DNA from: Parcubacteria group bacterium GW2011_GWA2_42_14
Lineage (GTDB): Bacteria; Patescibacteriota; Minisyncoccia; Sungbacterales; GWA2-42-14
DNA length: 64,000 bases
Assembly (NCBI GenBank): GCA_000998135.1
Contig: LCCV01000001.1
Span: forward strand, 72,958-136,957
Reading direction: 5' to 3'
Below are positions 1-8,140 of this stretch, piece by piece. Under the pieces are notes generated by a model. The model was not told where the DNA came from and ran no database searches. It saw nothing but the letters and a program-made list of their open reading frames with translations. Within the stretch, counting starts at the first letter, position 1. Every line of letters starts with the position of its first letter. A program made the position numbers and the translations under genes.

Positions 1-182
1 CTGGCCTTATCCACCGGCTTATGGTCCAACTGCATTGATTCAAGGACCATTTCAAAATCAGTCGTTTTACCCTTAATATGAATGTTGTCGCCGTGTTCCA
101 GGCCTTCGTCTGAAATTTTTACCACAGCAACTCCTATTTTGTCATAATAATGCAAAACTTTTCCCGCTTCTTTTTCTTCCAT
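1..182 (-). CDS. Small EF-Tu-domain-2-like hypothetical protein; C-terminus truncated by the window edge (MEEKEAGKVLHYYDKIGVAVVKISDEGLEHGDNIHIKGKTTDFEMV...)
   Basis: ATG at 182 on the minus strand, open to the window edge. Resembles small beta-barrel 'translation elongation factor-like' proteins. Not in the ORF track because it is partial. Confidence 0.45.
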   Translation of the reverse strand, partial: MEEKEAGKVLHYYDKIGVAVVKISDEGLEHGDNIHIKGKTTDFEMVLESMQLDHKPVDKA

Positions 183-191
183 GTTTTTACA

Positions 192-282
192 TCTCTAATC
201 AATCGCTAATTTTATTCGCGAATAGTTCGACAAGCTCACCACAGGCATTCGCGGAATAATTCGAGATTGATTAGTGATATTA
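192..282. repeat. ~90-bp repeat element with terminal inverted repeats (ctaatcaatc...gattgattag) and inner inverted repeats ttcgcgaat/attcgcgaa. Further copies lie at 47462-47550 (reverse orientation) and 58506-58570 (reverse orientation, shortened).
   Basis: Direct comparison: the reverse complement of 192-282 aligns along its whole length with 47462-47550. The third copy shares both ends but has a shortened core. Confidence 0.7.
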
Positions 283-771
283 TATCTCTATAACTTTTTC
301 TTTTTTCACCAATTCTAAAACTTTTTCCACTAGTATTTTGGGGTCGGAATCATAAACTATTTTTCCTTCACCTCTGCGCGCTTTATCAACTATATTCTTA
401 ATCTCATCGGCAATACCCCCGGTTCCGGTCAAAACCCCGATGGGCTTATTATCTTCAAAAGCAATGGTAAATTCATTAAGGGTCCCCATACGCCCGCAGG
501 TAATTATTACGGCGTCGGCAGCGCGCGTCAACAAAAGATTTCTCCCCGAATAACCAAACCCGGTATAAACAATCAAGTCATGATAATCAACCGGGAGATT
601 ATAGGTCTTAATATGGTCAAACTCGTTATAAGCCGGGGACAAGCCGATTACAATTCCACCTTCTTCTTTGGCGCCAATTGCGGCCCAAAAAGGAGAGCCG
701 GTTGTGGCTCCGGTTACCAATACCGAATTATGCCTGGCAATTTCCCTGCCAAGTTCTTTGGTTATCTCCAA
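280..771 (-). CDS. LOG-family / TIGR00725-type Rossmann-fold nucleotide-binding protein
   Basis: 163-aa ORF with the PGGxGTxxE-like motif (CGRMGTLNEF) and a glycine-rich nucleotide-binding N-terminus (LVTGATTGS). Confidence 0.7.
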   Translation of the reverse strand: MEITKELGREIARHNSVLVTGATTGSPFWAAIGAKEEGGIVIGLSPAYNEFDHIKTYNLPVDYHDLIVYTGFGYSGRNLLLTRAADAVIITCGRMGTLNEFTIAFEDNKPIGVLTGTGGIADEIKNIVDKARRGEGKIVYDSDPKILVEKVLELVKKEKVIEI

Positions 772-919
772 AGCACTAGAAACGCAGTGTCCGGTTTCCG
801 CCGCGCCCGATACGGCAATTTTAAATTTTAGATGTGTGTGGGGAGTTGGCTTTATAAATTTGTCTAAATTTTGAGGTCCGATTGCGCCAGGACCGAAAAA
901 ATTTAGGTATAAATTTATA

Positions 920-1033
920 ACCCAGCACCAATTCTAAATAAAATCTATTGCATGGCTTTATGTAAGCCGCAGGCGATACCGCGGAAGAAGCTATTGCAGA
1001 TATTATTGCTTTTCCGGAATTCGGTGCTGGGTC
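920..1033. repeat. ~115-bp structured repeat with 14-15-bp terminal inverted repeats (acccagcaccaattc...gaattcggtgctgggt) and a conserved core tgtaagccgcRggcgataccgcg. A second copy lies at 17283-17397.
   Basis: The two copies share the termini and the core. The terminal stems differ between copies by compensatory changes (ACC/GGT versus CTT/AGG). This is either a MITE or a small ncRNA family. Confidence 0.55.
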
Positions 1034-1097
1034 ATTTATTAAGTTTCAATATTTTTATTATATCTTATTTAAATCCTTTCCACACTTGACAAATGCT

Positions 1098-1574
1098 TAA
1101 AAACCTATTATTATAAATTTAACGGCTCTTTGACCCAAACCCAAAAGGAATAAAAAAATGAGGGGATTATCCGGATACTCTAAACGGGGAATTTTGGGAA
1201 ATTTTTGGCAAGCCACAAGTCCGGCTGATTTCTGGAGCAAATGGAATCCGGGTGTGCACAATGGTTTTGTCATGTTTTTAAAGGGCTGGGCTAGGTTATT
1301 TGGTAAAAAAGCTATATTTTTGGCGGTCCCTTTCATTTTCCTTGTAAACGGATTATTTCACGACATAATAATTGTCCGGATAATTTCCGGAAATGACGGG
1401 TTCCCTTTTACCATGTTCTTTTCACTAAATTTAATAGTGGTATTAATTGAGAGAGGAATCAGAAAGATAACCCGAACAAAACTATTATTGCCGATTCCCA
1501 ATATCTTTAAAACACTTTTAACCTTTGTTTTGCTTGTAATTTTGTGGAAGATATCTATGTTTATTGCGAATTAG
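1098..1574 (+). pseudogene. MBOAT (membrane-bound O-acyltransferase, AlgI/DltB-like) C-terminal fragment
   Basis: The 138-aa ORF carries the MBOAT C-terminal signature (FWSKWNPGVHNGF, resembling FWRRWHISL) and hydrophobic helices. The frame closes with a stop at 1098-1100, so only about the last third of a ~450-aa enzyme is present. Confidence 0.5.
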
Positions 1575-1650
1575 ATGCCGGACACGATTCATTCGCAACC
1601 GGCTATTTTATTTTTGACTTCTTATTCCAAAATATGCTATCCTTAAATTT

Positions 1651-1932
1651 ATGAATACCCTTACTATCCCAAAAACGTTAACCCGGGGCGAAGAACTTAT
1701 TGTGATTCCTCGTAAAGAATATGAGGAGTTTTTGCGTTCAAAAAATGTAATAAGCCGTAATATTGTTGTAAAACGTTCGAAATCGTTCCGTGTTCCAAAA
1801 AAATACGAAAAATTTTATGATGAACTGGATAAAGAACTTACTAAGTCTCTAAAGGATTACTACGAAGGCAGGTATTACGGCCCTTTTGAAACAGCAAACG
1901 AACTTATTCAATCTTTACACCGTAAAAGATGA
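1651..1932 (+). CDS. Type II antitoxin (partner of the downstream RelE/ParE toxin)
   Basis: 93-aa ORF whose stop overlaps the toxin start (ATGA at 1929). N-terminal motif ELIVIPRKEYEEF is typical of antitoxins. Confidence 0.6.
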   Translation: MNTLTIPKTLTRGEELIVIPRKEYEEFLRSKNVISRNIVVKRSKSFRVPKKYEKFYDELDKELTKSLKDYYEGRYYGPFETANELIQSLHRKR

Positions 1933-2174
1933 AGTCCCGCACCACCAAACAATTTGAAGAAAATTACGCCTCGTTGCTAAAATCTCTTCAAAAGAAAACC
2001 GATAAACAATTAAGGTTCCTTTTGGCCGACTTAAATCATCCGTCATTGCACGCCAAGAAATATGACGAATCAACAGATATTTGGCAAGCCCGAATTGATA
2101 AAAAATACCGCTTCTATTTCAAAATTGACGGCAACACATATATCTTGATAAAGATAAAAACCCATAAAGATTAA
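1929..2174 (+). CDS. RelE/ParE-family type II toxin
   Basis: 81-aa ORF. The C-terminal YRFYFKIDGNTYILIKIKTHKD matches the RelE/ParE core; 4-bp overlap with the upstream gene. Confidence 0.7.
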   Translation: MKSRTTKQFEENYASLLKSLQKKTDKQLRFLLADLNHPSLHAKKYDESTDIWQARIDKKYRFYFKIDGNTYILIKIKTHKD

Positions 2175-2175
2175 C

Positions 2176-2211
2176 GCAATCGCCGCCTTTAAAGCGGCGA
2201 TTGTTTTTTAA
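2176..2211. terminator. Bidirectional rho-independent terminator (caatcgccgcctttaaagcggcgattg + T-run) between convergent genes
   Basis: Perfect 10-bp stem with a T-tract, directly after the toxin stop and facing the beta-CASP gene. Confidence 0.7.
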
Positions 2212-2219
2212 TCTTCTTA

Positions 2220-3578
2220 TCAAAGTTCGTGTTTCTCGCCAAATCTCGGCGCTTCCGCCCAAATACCGAAATTATCTTTTACCGTCTGCGCCAAACTCAT
2301 AGACGCGTCCGGCTCGCCCTGCACCACAAAAACTTTCTCCAATGAATCCTTTGTTTTGGCAATAAGATTGGTAAGTTCCAATTCATCCGCGTGCGCCGAA
2401 TAACCGTCAATAATACGGATTTCGGCTCGGACCTTCACCATCTGACCCCTGATTTTCACTTCTTTGGCATGGTCCAAAAGCCGCCTTCCCAAAGAACCGG
2501 CCGCCTGCCATCCTACAATCAATAAAATACTCGCCGGGTCAGGCAAATATCTTACGGCATGGTGCAAAATCCTTCCGCCTGTCATCATACCGGCTCCGGC
2601 CAAAACCATTTTAGGCGCCGGAACATTATTTATCTTTTTGGAGTCATCTTTGGACTCCACGAATTTCAAATGCTTGAAATCGAAAAGATGCTTATGCGCC
2701 CTTAAAAGCATTTTTATTTCATCCTTGTATAAATCCGGGTGGCGCTTAAAAACTTCGGTAACGCGGACAGCCAACGGAGAATCCAAAAACACCGGTATGT
2801 CGGGGATTCTTTTAAATTCCAGCATGGTGTTGATTTCAAATAAAACATCCTGAGTTCTTTCCGTGGCAAAAACCGGCATCATCAGCGTTCCCTTTCTTCT
2901 GGTAACATCCTCAATGGCGCGCTCCAGCATCATGGTTTTATCCATAGTATGCTTATGAATCCTGTTTCCATAAGCTGATTCAATAATCAAAATGCTGGCG
3001 TTGCGGATATCATCATGCAGGGGCAATAAAACGCTCGTGGTGGAGCCGACATCTCCGGTAAAAATTATGATTTTGCCGCCAATACTAAATTTTATAAATG
3101 AAGAACCGAGAATATGGCCGGAATTTAAAAGTTCAAAATAGCCCGCGTCTCCTATTTCAATTTTTTGGTAATAATCAACTTGCTGAAAAAGTTTTAATAC
3201 TCCGCGCACATCATCAATGGAATAAAGCGGTTCTTCTTTGTGAAATTTACATTCTTTTTCCATCAGCATAAGGGCATCGGTAAGCACGACCTCCATCAAA
3301 TCCTTGGTGGCAAGGGTTGAATAAATTTTTCCCCTGAATCCGTCGTGGTACAGCTTGGGAATACGGCCGATATGGTCAATATGCGCGTGAGTGACAATAA
3401 GTATTTCTATTAACTTAGGGTCAAAAGGAAAAGAATTTCGGTTTTTTTCATCGGCAAAACGCGAACCCTGAAAAAGCCCGCAATCCACAAGAATTTTGTG
3501 ACCGTCTATTTCCAGCAAATAACAAGCGCCAGTTACTTCCTGCGCCCCCCCAAAAAAAGATAGTGAAACATTTTTCAT
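2220..3578 (-). CDS. MBL-fold beta-CASP ribonuclease (RNase J / CPSF-like RNA-metabolising metallo-beta-lactamase)
   Basis: HAHIDHIGRIP (HxHxDH) motif plus the beta-CASP C-terminal region. Start chosen at MKNVSLSFFGG (ATG at 3578) rather than the upstream ORF-track Met. Confidence 0.8.
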   Translation of the reverse strand: MKNVSLSFFGGAQEVTGACYLLEIDGHKILVDCGLFQGSRFADEKNRNSFPFDPKLIEILIVTHAHIDHIGRIPKLYHDGFRGKIYSTLATKDLMEVVLTDALMLMEKECKFHKEEPLYSIDDVRGVLKLFQQVDYYQKIEIGDAGYFELLNSGHILGSSFIKFSIGGKIIIFTGDVGSTTSVLLPLHDDIRNASILIIESAYGNRIHKHTMDKTMMLERAIEDVTRRKGTLMMPVFATERTQDVLFEINTMLEFKRIPDIPVFLDSPLAVRVTEVFKRHPDLYKDEIKMLLRAHKHLFDFKHLKFVESKDDSKKINNVPAPKMVLAGAGMMTGGRILHHAVRYLPDPASILLIVGWQAAGSLGRRLLDHAKEVKIRGQMVKVRAEIRIIDGYSAHADELELTNLIAKTKDSLEKVFVVQGEPDASMSLAQTVKDNFGIWAEAPRFGEKHEL

Positions 3579-3603
3579 AACTTTACTAACTACAAATAAA
3601 TAC

Positions 3604-3757
3604 AAACTCATGACTTGGGTAGGCACATCTTGCCACTACCGAATGGAATATGACCATGACAGCAATATTTCTGAAGAAAAACGGGAGTTATGCGGTCAAT
3701 TCAGAGCCGATAAGGACCCCTTTTGCGTTGAGGTGGCATAAAGCGCCTACCCATGAC
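3604..3757. repeat. ~150-bp element closed by 17-bp imperfect terminal inverted repeats (tcatgacttgggtaggc...gcctacccatgactcatga), sitting in the 5' leader of the beta-CASP gene
   Basis: Long-range complementary ends seen directly. Either a MITE-like insertion or a structured 5' UTR / ncRNA. Confidence 0.4.
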
Positions 3758-4148
3758 TCATGAATACTTTAAGTATAAATGAAATTCGTACATTCGTAAA
3801 AATTCGTTCCAAACCCGCCCATTTCAAATTAAGATAATTCGTAAATGAAAAGGGCTCCGAAGAGCCCTCTATGAGAAAGAATAAGTGCTTTATATTTTAT
3901 AGCAAAGAACTAAGTATGTTTCTCGGCCTAAAAGGCCTTGAAACGCAAACGTATACGTCGTATATTAATTATAGCATATTTGGGGAAAGTAAAACAGGAG
4001 TTATCCACAGCGCACGTTCAAAAACATGCTTTTTGAAAACGCTCCAAATTACCAAATACTGCTTCGCTTCTTAAAAAATTTGATTTTTTACACCATATTT
4101 TATACAGATAGAATATCAGCTCTTTTAAATTTAAATACGGAAAACGGC

Positions 4149-5165
4149 ATGAAAGCAATACGCGTTTTACTATTAGTTTTAGCACTTGCTGGATGCGCGG
4201 TTTTATATAAACCTCCTCCTGATATAACGCCAAAAACAGTTAACTTCAAAGAAGAAATTCCGATATTCTCATACAAAAAGGTACCGCTTAACAAAACAAT
4301 AACGCCCGCCTGGAATTATGGCTCAAAAACGCATGACGTATTCAATTTATCTTTTGATTCGGCCATGCCTGGAGAATCAATCAAGGCGGAATATTGGAAA
4401 AACAAAGCCCCCGGAAGAAAAAAACTGATTATAGTTCTTCCCATTGCCGACAGTACGCGCTTTCCCGGAGAACACTATACCAACGTAATGACATCGTGGA
4501 ACGGCAATACCGAATTCAATGTGCTTTTACTTGAAGACACCAGAAAAATTTCCTGGCTGGAAGAATTAAGAAATTCCGAAGACGAAAAAGAATTTCTTGG
4601 ATGGATGCGCATCGTCTCAATCGCCATAAAAAATTATGTTGTTGACACAAGACGGCTGATTGACTGGGCGGAAACGCGGCAAGAATTAGATTCTTTAAAT
4701 ATCGGCATTATCGGCGCCTCCATCAGTTCCAATTTGGCCGCCTTAATTATGGCCGCCGATTCAAGAATTAAAGCCGGAGTGTTTGACAAAGGCGGAGGAA
4801 GTTTTGCCGATTTATTCAGCTATTCAAAACAGCAGGAACTTAAAGAAAGCCGGGAACTTGTCATGAAAAAATTCAGCTGGACGCGACAAAAATTTGATGA
4901 AAAAATCCGTCCGATTTTACAACCGGTTGAAGCAATTAATTGGGCCGGAAGAATTAATCCCCAAAAAGTTCTTTTCTTAAACGCCAAATATGATACCTGG
5001 ATTCCCAAATTTTCCATTGAAAATTTTTGGAACGCTTTGGGCAAGCCGGAACGGATAGAACATAAAACCGAACATAAAACCGCTTTTCTCTTGTCGCTGA
5101 CCCCTTTCGGAGGCCACTACGCTGATTTCAAAATTTTTAACCATTTCCAAAAAAATCTTCAATAA
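4149..5165 (+). CDS. Lipoprotein, possible alpha/beta-hydrolase fold
   Basis: Start at MKAIRVLLLVLALAGC (lipobox LAGC). The ORF-track start at 4026 is an upstream in-frame extension without a signal peptide. Contains an IGIIGASISSN nucleophile-elbow-like segment. Confidence 0.6.
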   Translation: MKAIRVLLLVLALAGCAVLYKPPPDITPKTVNFKEEIPIFSYKKVPLNKTITPAWNYGSKTHDVFNLSFDSAMPGESIKAEYWKNKAPGRKKLIIVLPIADSTRFPGEHYTNVMTSWNGNTEFNVLLLEDTRKISWLEELRNSEDEKEFLGWMRIVSIAIKNYVVDTRRLIDWAETRQELDSLNIGIIGASISSNLAALIMAADSRIKAGVFDKGGGSFADLFSYSKQQELKESRELVMKKFSWTRQKFDEKIRPILQPVEAINWAGRINPQKVLFLNAKYDTWIPKFSIENFWNALGKPERIEHKTEHKTAFLLSLTPFGGHYADFKIFNHFQKNLQ

Positions 5166-5195
5166 AAGTAGCACGACATCGTGCTATTTTTCAAT
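5166..5195 (+). terminator. Rho-independent terminator (agcacgacatcgtgct + T-run)
   Basis: Hairpin immediately after the lipoprotein stop. Confidence 0.65.
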
Positions 5196-5319
5196 ATCTT
5201 TACGGGTTAGTGTATGAAGATTATGTCTTTGAAAAAGATACCTATCCAAAGCGGATTTTAGTTTTCTTGTATGGTAAACTCAGCAATATAAAAAGATGGC
5301 AGTTGCCACCCAAAATATT

Positions 5320-5670
5320 TTAGTCATAAAGAGAAACGAGCCGCCCTACTACAGTAGCGGTAAATTCTTTTGGAAACAGATAGGCCTGTTTGTAGCTTTG
5401 TGACGAATAATCGCGGTCATAGGGAAGGTGTTGTCTTTCTCCGACTGGTTTGCCGTGCTTTTCAACAAACTTCTGCAGTTTCACCGCTTGGTAGCGAGCG
5501 CGCCACACGCTCTTACCGCAAGAGAACTTCAAGTCAGCTGCATCATCGCGGTCGTGGCCCAACGGCATACCTCCACCCCCAAAATCATAGCGGTAATACC
5601 GCGTGAGAACTACCATGACCCCTATTGCCTGTTTCCGGGATTTTACGGTCTTTGCGCTCTTTGTTTTCAC
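5320..5670 (-). CDS. Hypothetical protein (GC-rich, GTG start, GAGG Shine-Dalgarno) inside the GC-rich island
   Basis: 116-aa ORF. Atypical composition relative to its neighbours; no recognisable domain. Confidence 0.4.
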   Translation of the reverse strand: MKTKSAKTVKSRKQAIGVMVVLTRYYRYDFGGGGMPLGHDRDDAADLKFSCGKSVWRARYQAVKLQKFVEKHGKPVGERQHLPYDRDYSSQSYKQAYLFPKEFTATVVGRLVSLYD

Positions 5671-5824
5671 TTTCCGTTCCTCTCAATTCAATTGGGAAGT
5701 AGCTAATATAATTGGTTGCATAAAGATAAAAACTTGTCAAGCGGTTCCGATTTTTCTCTTTCTGCTTTTTGAGAAAATTTTCTACAATAAAAATTAGTAA
5801 AAAGAATCAAAACTGAATTAAAAA

Positions 5825-5896
5825 CGTCCCCACGGGGACTCGAACCTCGATTTCAGCCTTCGGAGGGCTGCGCTCTATCCATTGAGCTATGGGGAC
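5825..5896 (-). tRNA. tRNA-Arg (anticodon CCG)
   Basis: Cloverleaf folded by hand: acceptor GTCCCCA/TGGGGAC, D-arm GCTC..GAGC, anticodon stem CAGCC/GGCTG with loop CTCCGAA (anticodon CCG), 4-nt variable loop, T-arm CGAGG-TTCGAGT-CCCCG with one A.C mismatch. No CCA is encoded. Confidence 0.8.
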
Positions 5897-5944
5897 ATAT
5901 CTTAACCAACAACTTACAACATACAACCCGCAACATAAAAAAGC

Positions 5945-5975
5945 AAAACCGAGTGTATTGAATACTCGGTTTTGC
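5945..5975 (-). terminator. Rho-independent terminator on the minus strand (aaaaccgagtattcaatacactcggtttt + T-run), closing the structured region upstream of the tRNA
   Basis: 12-bp stem followed by GCTTTTTT on the minus strand. Confidence 0.65.
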
Positions 5976-6306
5976 CCTTATGAATAAATTCGATGGCTCA
6001 CGGGCGACCCTAGACCGATCCGCCACTGGCGGATTTAGGTCGGGCTTGCCTAACACATACAACCATCCAATGCCCAACAAAGTTACATTTTTATTGAGTA
6101 TTGGATAGCCCCGAACCCCATCGCCGGATACAGACCGCAAGACGCGGTCAATATAAGCGATTTAGGGTTCGGGTTTTCCGCGACTACTTGTCGCGGCTTT
6201 GGTCAGGGTGGCGCTGCTCCACATACTCCTTGGGAGTAACGACCTGACCGGTCTTTTAATCCACGGGCCGGCGGCGAAAATCAACGACGACTTTACGAGT
6301 TTTCAT
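5976..6306 (-). ncRNA. Unclassified GC-rich, highly structured region (nested hairpins). It contains an SRP-RNA domain-IV-like motif (GGTCAGGTCG...GGAGCAGCG) at 6201-6251.
   Basis: Nested perfect stems: GACCGC/GCGGTC, CCCGAACCC/GGGTTCGGG, CCGCGAC/GTCGCGG. The motif resembles the conserved SRP GUCAGGUCC...GGAAGCAGC but carries an extended apical hairpin instead of a GNRA tetraloop. A 16-aa ORF led by AGGAGA sits at 6256-6306. The assignment is uncertain. Confidence 0.3.
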
Positions 6307-6331
6307 CAGGGTCTCCTTTTTTTTCGGTTTT

Positions 6332-6517
6332 TTAGCCGAACATCCGGCCGAACATCCGGTTTATTCCCCAAAGTTCGATCCCTAGCAACTCCGGGAAATA
6401 CTTCTCCGGTTTGCCTGGCCACCACGCCGGATTCTCCAAATTCTCCAAACCCTGTATGCTACCGCTCATCAGATTCCACTTACGGTGCTCCAGAATCAGG
6501 AAATCAGACCAGTACAT
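6332..6517 (-). CDS. 61-aa hypothetical protein with a perfect Shine-Dalgarno (AAAGGAGG, 6 nt spacer). The C-terminus ends in a tandem 12-bp duplication (RMFGRMFG).
   Basis: MYWSDFLILEHRKWNLMSGSIQGLENLENPAWWPGKPEKYFPELLGIELWGINRMFGRMFG. The ORF-track 113-aa version is an upstream in-frame extension. Confidence 0.45.
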   Translation of the reverse strand: MYWSDFLILEHRKWNLMSGSIQGLENLENPAWWPGKPEKYFPELLGIELWGINRMFGRMFG

Positions 6518-6869
6518 CTGGCGCCTCCTTTCTTTTTTGGTTTGCTTGTTTCCTGGCTCAAATGGGGCTCCTCCCCCACACCCAAAATGGCATAAAAAAT
6601 TGCTATAAAATATAGGAGAAAAGTGATTGCTTAAAATAATCTTTAACCTTTTGATTATTGCAGTTATAACCATTGGCTATAATGCCATTTTAAGTGTGGG
6701 GGGATTCGCCGAGGAGGGTCGGGAATCTCTTAAGAACCCCATTTGAACCAGGAAAATTGCGTATAAAAGAGCTTTTTCCTTATGTTTTCATTATACACTA
6801 TTTTAAGAAGTTTGTCAAATCCAAAAACAAAATAAAAGCTACGGAAAATCCGTAGCAAAATTTTAAATG

Positions 6870-7484
6870 TTATGGAATAAACAACCTTACAGGATTAACT
6901 GCGTTCAAAAGGAATTCAAGAACGTTGCCGCCGAATCTCTTATTCACGCCAGGCACGTTTTTATCTTTTACCCCGCCGAAATCATTGTTGTATAAAATCT
7001 TATCGCGACAAACAATATAATACTCTCCGTCAGGCCCCGTGGTCAAAAGGTCTTGTTTGTTAAAATAAACCGCTTGCTTATTCTTCTTGGGGTCGCGAAT
7101 CGGATAAACTACGGTATAGTATCTATTGAACTCGCTGGAAAATTTTTCAATATCTTCCGGTTTATCTAATTTGATTTGGGGATTATCAACTCCTAAAATA
7201 TATTTTAATCCTTTGTTCCCTGGCAACTGAATTACGTTTTTGGCATCCGGGTCAAAACCAGCATCCTTAAGTCCAACAGGACAAGACGTCTCTCCCACCT
7301 TAAGATTTTCTTTCGCTTTATTTATAGCCTCATCCGCGGTCATAAACAATCCGGTCATTTCAGTACTCTTTTCGAAATTGGTATTAATACTGCCGGCGGT
7401 ATTACCCACACCCTTCATGGTGGCACAACCGGAAATCAAAACCACAAACAGAGGAATAGCCAAAAACGCATGCTTCTGTCTCAT
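6870..7484 (-). CDS. Lipoprotein (lipobox LISGCA), unknown function
   Basis: AAGGAG ribosome-binding site 7 nt upstream of the start. A terminator hairpin (gctacggattttccgtagc) follows at 6838-6856 on the minus strand. Confidence 0.7.
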   Translation of the reverse strand: MRQKHAFLAIPLFVVLISGCATMKGVGNTAGSINTNFEKSTEMTGLFMTADEAINKAKENLKVGETSCPVGLKDAGFDPDAKNVIQLPGNKGLKYILGVDNPQIKLDKPEDIEKFSSEFNRYYTVVYPIRDPKKNKQAVYFNKQDLLTTGPDGEYYIVCRDKILYNNDFGGVKDKNVPGVNKRFGGNVLEFLLNAVNPVRLFIP

Positions 7485-7606
7485 TTTTTACTCCTTTTTA
7501 GCACTTTTAGCGCTTTTCAAGGTTCACGTATTCTCACTGGTAAACTATTTTAAAAAAAAGTCAATACACTTTGGCATTGACATAAAAATTATTTATTGTA
7601 TAAAAT

Positions 7607-7780
7607 TTAGGGTGATTTTTCTGCTTTTGCTTCCTTTTTCCTAAAGCGCTCTGAAATTTCCCTTAATAATTCCTCAATTTTCTTTTCCGCCTCTTCTGTA
7701 TCCAAAAACTGCCGGCGGATTTCAGCTTTTTTTCTCCGCAAAAATTTGCGAATAGATTTTGGCAGTTTAGTTTTGGACAT
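7607..7780 (-). CDS. Small basic protein, 57 aa (MSKTKLPKSIRKFLRRKKAEIRRQFLDTEEAEKKIEELLREISERFRKKEAKAEKSP); not in the ORF track
   Basis: Open frame found by manual translation. Lysine/arginine-rich; weak ribosome-binding site. Tentative. Confidence 0.3.
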   Translation of the reverse strand: MSKTKLPKSIRKFLRRKKAEIRRQFLDTEEAEKKIEELLREISERFRKKEAKAEKSP

Positions 7781-8140
7781 TACTAAACCTTGTAACGTAT
7801 AACATGAAACATGAATGTTCCATGATTAATGTTATATACTTTATTATGACTTAATTACGACGACAAGTTTAAAATAGGCAACATTCTTGGCGGTTCCCGC
7901 CCCCTTAACAACCTTCATCGCTTCATCAACATCTTTATACGCCAACGGAGCTTCTTCGGCAAGTCCGAAAAAAATGCTGACCCTATGGCGTCTGGCCGAC
8001 GCCGGGCTATCCTTAACTATAACTTACCAGGTGTTGCACTTACTTATTGAACTCGCCTTGCATAATGTTGATTTTCATTCCGGTTCATGGTACTTATTAT
8101 GCACCTGACAAGTTCGTTGAAATCCATAAAAAGGCGCTAA

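Noticed and set aside
3848-3872. Hairpin aaaagggctccgaagagccctct as a plus-strand terminator
   Set aside because: There is no T-run on the plus side. On the minus strand it is followed by TTTTCATTT, so if it is functional it terminates a minus-strand transcript. No gene could be assigned.
5853-6140. ORF-track ORF of 95 aa on the minus strand
   Set aside because: It runs straight through the tRNA-Arg gene and the terminator hairpin, so it is spurious.
5976-6700. RNase P RNA, tmRNA or a standard riboswitch in the GC-rich structured region
   Set aside because: I looked for the hallmark strings on both strands (GGAAAGUCCGG, GGUAAGAGCGCACC and ACAGAAnCCGGCUUA for RNase P; the tmRNA tRNA-like ends and tag ORF; the B12-box, TPP, FMN and ykkC cores) and found none. 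Only a partial SRP domain-IV-like match remains, which I kept as low-confidence.
7860-8140. Minus-strand fragment translating to ...GLAEEAPLAYKDVDEAMKVVKGAGTAKNVAYFKLVVVIKS, which resembles the C-terminus of a metabolic enzyme
   Set aside because: It is interrupted by stops upstream, too short to assign, and overlapped by a spurious plus-strand ORF. It is possibly a gene remnant but unsupported.
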